Assembly (NCBI GenBank): GCA_040954595.2
Contig: CM082577.2
Coordinates: 620,001-684,000 of the forward strand
Direction: 5' to 3'
Length of the DNA stretch: 64,000 nucleotides
DNA from: Balanoglossus misakiensis
Taxonomy: Eukaryota > Animalia > Hemichordata
Each line of letters starts with the position of its first letter. Position 1 is the stretch's first letter. Both the position numbers and the translations under genes were made by a program. Shown here in pieces: positions 55,401 through 64,000 of this stretch. The notes under the pieces were generated by a model that had not been told where the DNA came from, made no database searches, and saw only the letters and a program-made list of their open reading frames with translations.

Positions 55401-58400
55401 CAACGAAAGCAGGCAGTTCCCAGGTTGTTTATTTGTTGCATCAGTATGGAAATATAAAAGTAGATATGAAGTATAGAGCATACAGATGACTTGGTGATGT
55501 ACAGTGCTGTACTAGACCAGGGTTGAAGCTAAGTTGAAAAGCAGTCAACAGAATTTCAAAAGTAGGGGGTGGAATCCAGGGACAACTAAGTGTTGAAATG
55601 GGGAGGGTGGGATGGGATGGTATAAGGTGTTCCTTTTTGGGAAAAGTATTCTGTATGGAAAGGCACAGAAGCCGGGGAGGGGGGGGGGGAGGTGTTAGAC
55701 TACTGGCCGTTATCTGCATCCCTGCTAGACAACTGTCGTGTTTGTTTTTCGAAGGGGAGGAGGGTCACATATTACTCATGATGATGGAATTCTATCCTAA
55801 TTTGATTGTTTAGCAAAGTATAATAATTTTAATCATAACAAATGACTTTTACAAGGAGGCGGATGTTTGAGTTCTTGGACAGGGATTACATTGAGTGTAG
55901 GCCATATTTAATTATTGGCCTTCATTGGCACATTTTATCTGATGACTTTACGATTGTGCATTAAAATGTCCAGCGATTAAAAACAACAATTCCTACGCAT
56001 CATCGTTGCTTGTTGCTCATGGCACACTCTATCCCCCCATGCAGAACAAATATTTTATTCTTATTTTTCATAACAGTCCTTAATGCTGTGATCACGACTA
56101 TTGTAATTCTGGCAGTCAATTTGTCTTGCTGCCATTTTCAATTTGTTCTATACTTGCACATTCTAATCTGGGAACGTTGTAAAATGTGCACAAATTTGCT
56201 TCCCTGAGTCATTTGGTTGGTTGTGAACTTTAATCAATTTGGTTATTTAATTTCTTTTATCAGTAGTTTAGTCCATAAATTTATTTCTGTTGGTGTAATT
56301 CTAGTATCTGTTGATCAGTGGTTATGATGCAATGTATATTGGAAAACAGTAAGTTGTCTTATACTAGTAATTCTGCAGTATTCCTCCAAAATGCAATATC
56401 TGCTACTATTTTTGACCACATGTAAATTCTCAGCTATACAAGATTTTATATCTGCTTATTCCAAAGAAGTCAATCCAAAAGAGTAGCCCAAACATCCTCG
56501 CATCAGACATCATTGCATGATGTCATTGTTGTCTGTCGTTTTTCGGTGTTTGGTATCTTAAAGCGACGATGTCTACACTTGTTAAGAAATGATTAAAAAC
56601 TTATTTTGACATGATACCTAGATTGCCAGTAATCCTTTCAAGGTTTTTTCCATTAGGTGAGTTACACCTTATCATGAGACAAGATGTTGTAGATTTAGAT
56701 TGTGTGGGTTTTGATCTTGTGCGCTTTCAAAAACCCCACCTTGTACAGGTATCATAATCTTCTTCTTAAATAGTCATATCACTATAATTTCCTGTTAGGA
56801 TGACACTTTTTTATCTTGAACAAAGTACAAAATTACTGTCGGTGATCTGTGTTCAAGATTTAATCCTCACTGTTGGCCAGTCGGTTGATATCTACAATCT
56901 TGCATCATTCTCACATTACATATCAGAGGTCGGCTTGTAGAAGTCGAGATATTTTCATTAAATCTTGCTTATTGCTTGACATGCTTATGTTCCTTGTGTA
57001 TTGACAAACATAATTAGAGCATCCATTGGTGCTAATGATAATCTAAAGTCTGATTTCGTGTTGAAAAGTGGCTGTTGATGTCGATTGACTGATTCTGTTA
57101 TCATTGGAAGCCAAGGTATTGCCCAATAGCCAGGCACAATCAAAGTGAGTGGTTTAAACCTTTGATGGTTGCTAGCCACCGCATGTGGTTGAAACTTTGA
57201 AATGTGCTCCCAGAAAGTCAGATGTGTAAAAGAATCAAGTCAGTCTTTTAAGGCTTGAAGTTACATGTTTGACTTTCACAAATTGCCTTCAAATTAATGC
57301 TTGTACATGAAACTTTTAGAGCACAATTTCAGATGAGAGTCAAATTGAAAGACAGGTAGGATGACTCTGGTGTCACATGTGTTGTTAAGATGCAAGAAAA
57401 TATGTACAATTTTATGGCAAAATTGAAAGATGAACAGACGTACTGTATATACAGACAGGACTGTTTATGAAGCCTACACTGTACCACATACAATGGAATC
57501 CTGGGTAACTCTAAAAGTACAAATCGTGTGTGGTATGATAAACACGTGGTACACGACAAACAAAATGATGACAAATTCTTCTTGTATTACGATGCCCAAT
57601 CTCTGGAAAAGTATCCCATTTCAAAATTCACTTTTGGGCTTATTCAGAGCTGAATTCAAGGTCTGATGATCATCTGAGTCTGCATGTAAACTGTGGATCA
57701 ACCATGTGTAATGGATTGTGTTCTTGTTGACCTATTTCTCTTTGCAGAACACATGGAGTCTTCGAACCGTGATGTTAGTGCTGACTGCACTCTTTGTTGT
57801 CTTGCCGCTGGGGTTGCTGAGAAAAGTGGAACAACTGAGCAGTATAAGTGCCTTGTCCTTCTCTTTTTATACAGTACTCATAGCACAGGTGGGCCATCTT
57901 GTTTCCTCTTCACAAAATCAATAAATGTGTTTATCATTCAGGCTGTGAACACTACAACTCCTGCGGCGTATCGACCCAGGTATACTTACATGCAATGTTA
58001 AAGAAACCTAAGTAATGAATTCTTAATTGACTGCATTTGGACTTTGTTTCGCGTATCAGAGAGAAAAATGAAGATGAAATGTTCTAGTGTAAATCTGATT
58101 TGTCCATTTACTGAAATGTTTTGTGAAAAAAATAATTCGGGTTCATTTTAGAGACATGGTGATATAGTACTTCTGACGTAACGTTATGACATTGAATATA
58201 CTTGCGTACATCCGGTATTGTTGAGAACATGTTCCAGAGATCCTTGCCTAGTTCCTTTATTCCGGCGACATCTAAGGGAATTTTCTCGTAAAACATCTTG
58301 CCTAAAGCAATGGAAAGCGGTGTGAACATATTCTTATAGATGAATAGTAAATACAGTAATATATCTTATGGCATGAGAACACAAGTGGCTCCAGGTTGCT

Positions 58401-61400
58401 CTTAAAACTGAAACTTTCACATTATAATAATTTATGTCAGTTTCCTGGGGTCAAAGGTTGCCAGCAGTTTGGTATAGTTTGGGAATATTTGTCTCGACAC
58501 CACTAACCTGTTACAACATGTTATTATTAAACAATAAAAACCAGCAGAAAACCACTTCAAAGACAGCTTTTGATTCAGACTTTTGTTGACTCTGCTCTGT
58601 TCCTTCCACTCAATGTCTGTTCTGTTTCCTTTTGTTTGTTTTGTTCAAAATAACCCTGTAGGTTGAAAATGAAGGCCTTAAACTTTTGCTTATATGTAGC
58701 TCAAGGAAATTTTTCAAGTATTCCTTTCTGTTCACATCAAACAAAAAGTGAATGGTTACTATTTAAGTGTTTGCATAGTAGGGAGCAATTAAAGTGACCA
58801 AGATTGACAGTTTTCACTTTGATTTGACATTTTCTTCCACAGATTATTTTGATAAGTTTTCCAACATTATTATCATTTTCCTGGGTTGCCCATGCGAGGT
58901 ACTGGAGAACAGAAGGATTATTCCAGTGTTTGTCCATATTTTCTCTGGCTTTCACATGTCATACGTAAGTCAACTGAATTTGTTGTATTTCAGTTCTTGA
59001 GAAGTTTGATTTCAGTGGCTGACATAAAATGTCCATACAACCATTTAACTCTGGCTTGAATTTTCGAGAGACGCATTCAATATCATTTATCCAGTAAAAA
59101 TGTTCACTTCATGAAATCTAGTCTGTAGTATTTGATATTTATAGTTTATAGTTAAAAAAATAATTATATAATTTCTGTCTTTGCAGACAAGTCTTTGTAG
59201 TATATGAATCTCTACCAGACAGAACAGAACGGAAAATGAATGATGTAGTCAAAGGAGCAGTTAATATGGTGGCTTTCTGTTATATCATGGTAAGATACGG
59301 CCACATAGTGATACAACACCAACTTTCTCTCCACATCATTGTATGATACACTACTGCCTTAACCTGTGATGCTCAGTTGTCACTGTTCATTCATATCGTG
59401 TGGGAATTGCTATTCTATTCACTAATCTTCTGTTTTATATCTTGTCACAAAACACCAACCAAACCTTGTGCACTACTTGGATGTGGTCAGACGGTCAACC
59501 CTAAAAACTGACAATAAACTCAATTATTGCTATTTTGAAAGTGACTCGCCCGCACACGAAACATTTCCTCTCAGTTTCTCCTTTTTTTCTTTCCTCTTTC
59601 AGGTCGGATTCTTTGGCTATGTGGCTTTCTGTGAGCAAGGAATCAAAGGGGATGTTCTGATGAATTTCAAAACATCCTTTGTCAATGACCTCCTCAAGAT
59701 GGGTTTTGTGATTTCTGTAGCTCTCAGTTTTCCTATGATGATATTTCCCTGCAGAGCTAGCATCAACACTTTGATATCTGGATCACAGGTCAGTGAGACC
59801 CCAGTCCCTTCAACCATAGGGCATTGTGGTAATAGAGGCATACATGCATGTTGCAGTGCGTGTTTCTGTCTTTTGAAATGATGCAGTGATACTCATAAGA
59901 CCACAGAGTACCTTCAGAATAAAAACTGCAAACGCAATACTGTCATGTAATATGCTACAGTTGTACATTGTATACGCCTCAACATGAAGTGCTGTACGTG
60001 GATATGAATTCACTTTTATGAAGTATATTTTAGATGAATGTGTGGACTGAATGCCTGGTCTTATCTGCAGAACTTTTCATTGATGTTTCGTGGACATTAT
60101 GTAAATGAGTAGAGCATCTGCCACATTGTTGCATCTCATGAATATTTAATATCAGAAGAATTTCTGTCCAATAGGCCAGTCTCTGGTATTTTACACCCAG
60201 CAGGTTATGAGAGCACCTATCTGTTAGAAACTCAAAACTCAAACCATATACTAGCGCCAGACCAAACTAGTTTTGCATACGAATACAGTGAACAATTGGT
60301 TGTCAGAGTTGGACTTTGTAACTTCTTGTAGATATGAAGTGTGATTGAATACATAATGACACCAAGTTTGGTCAATACCAGAAATTCTGTCATAAAAGTA
60401 ATCACATGTGATGGCCATGCATAGCTTTGATTCAATTGTAATGATTCAGTAGAATAATATTCATATCTCATCAGTTGAAACAATGAAAGTTGTTAGTGAT
60501 GTACATATTGTTTTCATGAAAACACCCCAAGGTATACCCTACCTTAACAGTTTTGTAATTCAAGGAGTCTGGGGGCTTCAGTGGAGGTATTGGTGAGACT
60601 GTTTGCTGTCAATTAAAGTAAAACATCAGTTTTGATAAGAATACCGTGTTGTTAGCAACAAAGAAATTAGCGAGTAAATTGAGTTCTTTGAGGAAATGAC
60701 CACAAGGTGAAGCACCTCTTGTGAATAAATGCCTCTACCAGTTATCAATCTGCACAGTTATCTTGAAGCTTGTAAATAGACTGGAATATAATAGGGCAAG
60801 GTCCCTAGTTACCCCCACTGAGAAGTATTAAGGCCTGAGAATATATGATACAGTATTCACAAGCAACACCAGTGTGAACGTATCTCTTGCAGTTCAACAC
60901 TTGAGTTGCCACTCCTTATACAAAAAATCTCAAAAACAACATTGAATTGAATTGCTAAAACCACAGTGCCTATGTGCTTAAATGAACCAAATCCCATTCA
61001 GGGCCACAGTACCAATCTCCCCCTCTGATTGTCAGAAATTGGTACAGTCCTGTTTTTTGAATGGTATGGATGGACCAACATACATGAAAGTGGGATGATA
61101 GGGTTTCAGTTTTAGAAATTTTGATGAATTACACAGAAAAGTACAATAAAAGACATGTCCCGTATGCTACATGACATGCATGTTTGAATAAGGACTTGAA
61201 CAATGGAAGCTCTATAGATTATAGAAAGCTGACTTCAGATTTATAACCGTATAAATACCCTTGAAGTCAGTCGGAGTCTAGAGTCACTAAAATGTTGTTT
61301 TGATCTTTGACACTCCAGAAAAAGGTTTGCAAAAGAATTTAATGTCCCATCCATATTTCAGTTAGGTTGAAGTGAGTTAACAAGACCAAGAGAATTGAAG

Positions 61401-62943
61401 TTGTTCAACATCAGAGTTTCAATATGGTTGGCACTGCAGCCATTTTGAATTTCTTATGTTTAAAATTTCTGTTATTGAGTTCTGTAAGTGAAGCAAGTGT
61501 CAAGTGTACTTGAACCCCAAAATATCAGCAAATATTTAAGACTGAATCTTCAAGTGTAATCAACTTTAAAGTTGGCTCTTTATAGTGACACACATAGATA
61601 TTAAGTGATTCTCACTTATCATCAAGGACAGACATAATAAACTTCTGTCAAATGAACTCTACATCCAAATTGAATTCTTCATTATCTGTGTATGCAGGGT
61701 CCGTCATTAGAAAACCCAACTGGTGGAGAACATATTCCTCAAGGCAGGCATCAAGCCATTACTGCTGTCATTGTCTTCTTCACATTGCTGGTTGGCATAG
61801 CGATTCCTAATGGTAAGTCTGTGTACTTTTAAAGTTTACTTTTAATCCCGGGGTGGGGGGGGGGGGGGTCGTCACTCAACGTCTGTGTTGACTTTTACAT
61901 GTATCTGATAAAACTGAATAATAAAACCTCTGTAAACCAAACTTCTTGAGAATCGGATAAAACTTTTCTGAGATGTTTGGAACACACAGGGCCTCTTGAC
62001 ATTGTGTCTAATTGTGTAGACGTGTTCCTTGTAGATAGGCTTTTAGGTTAGAAGTGGTTCACTTTTGGAAGATGAAATAATGGCACTCATCCGACATGAA
62101 ACATAATTAAACCATTTGTAGAAAAACCTTTGTACTTGTACATCAGCAAAGTGAACTACTTGTAGTCTGCTTTAATGGCCATTTGATCAGCCAGTATTTC
62201 ATTTAAACATTTGCTTCTACTTCTCTTTGTTTCACCCTCCAGTGGAGACAGTTCTTGGCCTAACAGGTTCCACAACAGGCACCATGATTGGCTACATCTT
62301 CCCAGCTGTCATGTTTTTGAAGTGTTTGCCAAAAGGACCTGGAGTCAAGTCTGCACAGGTACGGTACTTCATGTAGAACTTCAAGATGTGGCAGTTGTCT
62401 TCTTGCTTCTGATTGAAATCGGATGTAGAGAACCCCACACAGTTATGAAAAAACAATGTGGGGGTGGACCTATTAACCCCAACCTAAGAATTTCTCCAAA
62501 TTTGCCTTTTTGTGTTGGACATTCTTCTGTTATGCAAGAGTTTACTTCACATAAGCTGCTTTTAATCAATCCTCCATTAGTAATTAAGACTTATTTGATG
62601 TATTTATTGATATGTGGGTCAGTTTGTTGTGTGCAAACAAGAAATGCTTCCTGTGTTTCTCAAACCCACTCAAAGTTCCATAAAAACACAGAAACTGATA
62701 TTGATGGGAAGTCAGTTGGAGGAAAAAAATAAAAATTCACACCCTGTCACTGACATTTTATTTTACAGGCAGTTTTATTCATTGGTATCATCATCATGTT
62801 TGCCAGTACCTATTCCACTTTACAATCCCGTCCTGATGAAATCAAACCAATTGTTGATATCAATATTCAAGAAGACCAATTTGTCCTTGAAAACAAACCT
62901 CTGGATGAGAATCAGATAGCGGAGCAAAATCTGGAGGTGCCAG
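52451..62943 (+). CDS. SLC38A10: Putative sodium-coupled neutral amino acid transporter 10 (partial, continues beyond the window)
   Basis: Exons 52451-52537, 53763-53880, 54142-54187, 54520-54613, 57748-57888, 58843-58964, 59187-59289, 59603-59788, 61698-61812, 62243-62358, 62769-62943, all phase-consistent. [76 protein letters not shown] and IPNVETVLGLTGSTTG match SLC38A10. Confidence 0.92.
54304..54320 (-). promoter_or_regulatory. CTCF-like binding motif
   Basis: cagcgccctctagtgtt is the reverse complement of ACACTAGAGGGCGCTG. A weaker partner gcaccctctagag lies near 54240. Confidence 0.4.
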
Positions 62944-64000
62944 GTAAAGGAATCTTACTTCTCTTACAGGTTCATTGTTACAGGTTCATCTTTTGTGTAT
63001 GTTAAGCGGTGTTTGCACCTGGTATGTAAGTGTGACAATTGTTCCTGTAACCTCATCTTGATACTACAGTTAAAATTCATCCAAACAATGAATTTCTTAA
63101 TAACATTCAATAAATAATATCTGCAACTTGCACGAATATCACACTTGTTTCAAAACTGTTTCAGTGACTAAAATTCTGAGAAGGTAAAATCTAAAATCCC
63201 TACAAAACACAAAACGTAATATTCTGTAGAACATCAGTTACCCGGTCTATCTATGTGTATATTTAAACTTTATACATGAAAAATACGAAATTTGTGGTAA
63301 AACTAGGATTCTTCCTTGTTGGAATGGAACATAATTTTTGGCGGTAAAATGGTTTTGACAGTCTCCCAAAATTGAATATGAAAACATTCAAGTGCTGCTT
63401 ATCGGTCAGGTTGATTTCCAACAAGTAAAGATTGATCGTAGTTGCAAACTACCTGTTATGTTGATGCACTGAATAGGGTTTACCTTGAACTTTAGAATCA
63501 AGCTATTATGTTTGTAGTCCATGAAAGAAGGCACTGTTGATAAGAAGGGGCCTGCCGACCAGAAGTGGCAAATTCAAAACATCTGTTCACGGTTTATTGA
63601 AATTTCCGTGGTTGTTCTCTGTAAAAGTGACAAAAATGTTGTCCAAGTCTGGATAGGGATCTCTACAACAATATTGACATGTGTCACTTTGCAATTTCAA
63701 CATTGTTTTTTGAAATGCCTGGAATTGAACCTTGCAAGAGTAAAGCCACCATCTGTTTGACTTTCCACTGTGCAAGTCAAACAGTTGCTCTGTGTCAAAG
63801 CAAACTAAAGCTAAACTTTCAACAATGGTGGCTGATAAAAGCTTGTTTGCATCCTACAAACTTAGACTTTTCGGCACAGAATGCCTCGATTATTTGATAT
63901 TTTTAGAACAGACATGCATTCACATTCCTCTGTGACTGAGCGCACCAACAACTACCAGATTTTTAGAACTCGTTTAAGTCTCTAACAATTACTGAATCTT

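Overview
Eukaryotic (animal) genomic DNA, AT-rich, with compact GT-AG intron-containing genes. The HYR domain, Sec-type MSRB1 and mosaic CpG depletion suggest a marine invertebrate, plausibly a deuterostome such as a hemichordate; this is inference. I assembled exon chains by hand and checked reading-frame phase for ten complete genes and one partial gene: SRSF2 (+), UBFD1 (+), selenoprotein MSRB1 (+, in-frame UGA with a type II SECIS), THUMPD1 (-), POLDIP3 (+), a secreted short peroxidasin-type heme peroxidase with a C-terminal HYR domain (+), a mitochondrial-clan cytochrome P450 (+), a C16orf89/UPF0764-like secreted protein (+), TMEM220 (+), an OATP/SLCO transporter (-) and SLC38A10 (+, running off the window). 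Small MITEs, SINE-like remnants and microsatellites are also present. The most interesting observations are: (1) SLC38A10 has two tandemly duplicated, apparently alternative exons that each encode TM1, the substrate-binding helix; (2) a CpG-retaining block of peroxidase-HYR, P450, C16orf89, TMEM220 and OATP could be a halogenation or thyroid/endostyle-like module; (3) MSRB1 carries a SECIS, a long-range 3'UTR stem that brings the SECIS close to the coding region, and tandem perfect antioxidant response elements in an intron. Gene names come from recognising motifs from memory; no database searches were run.
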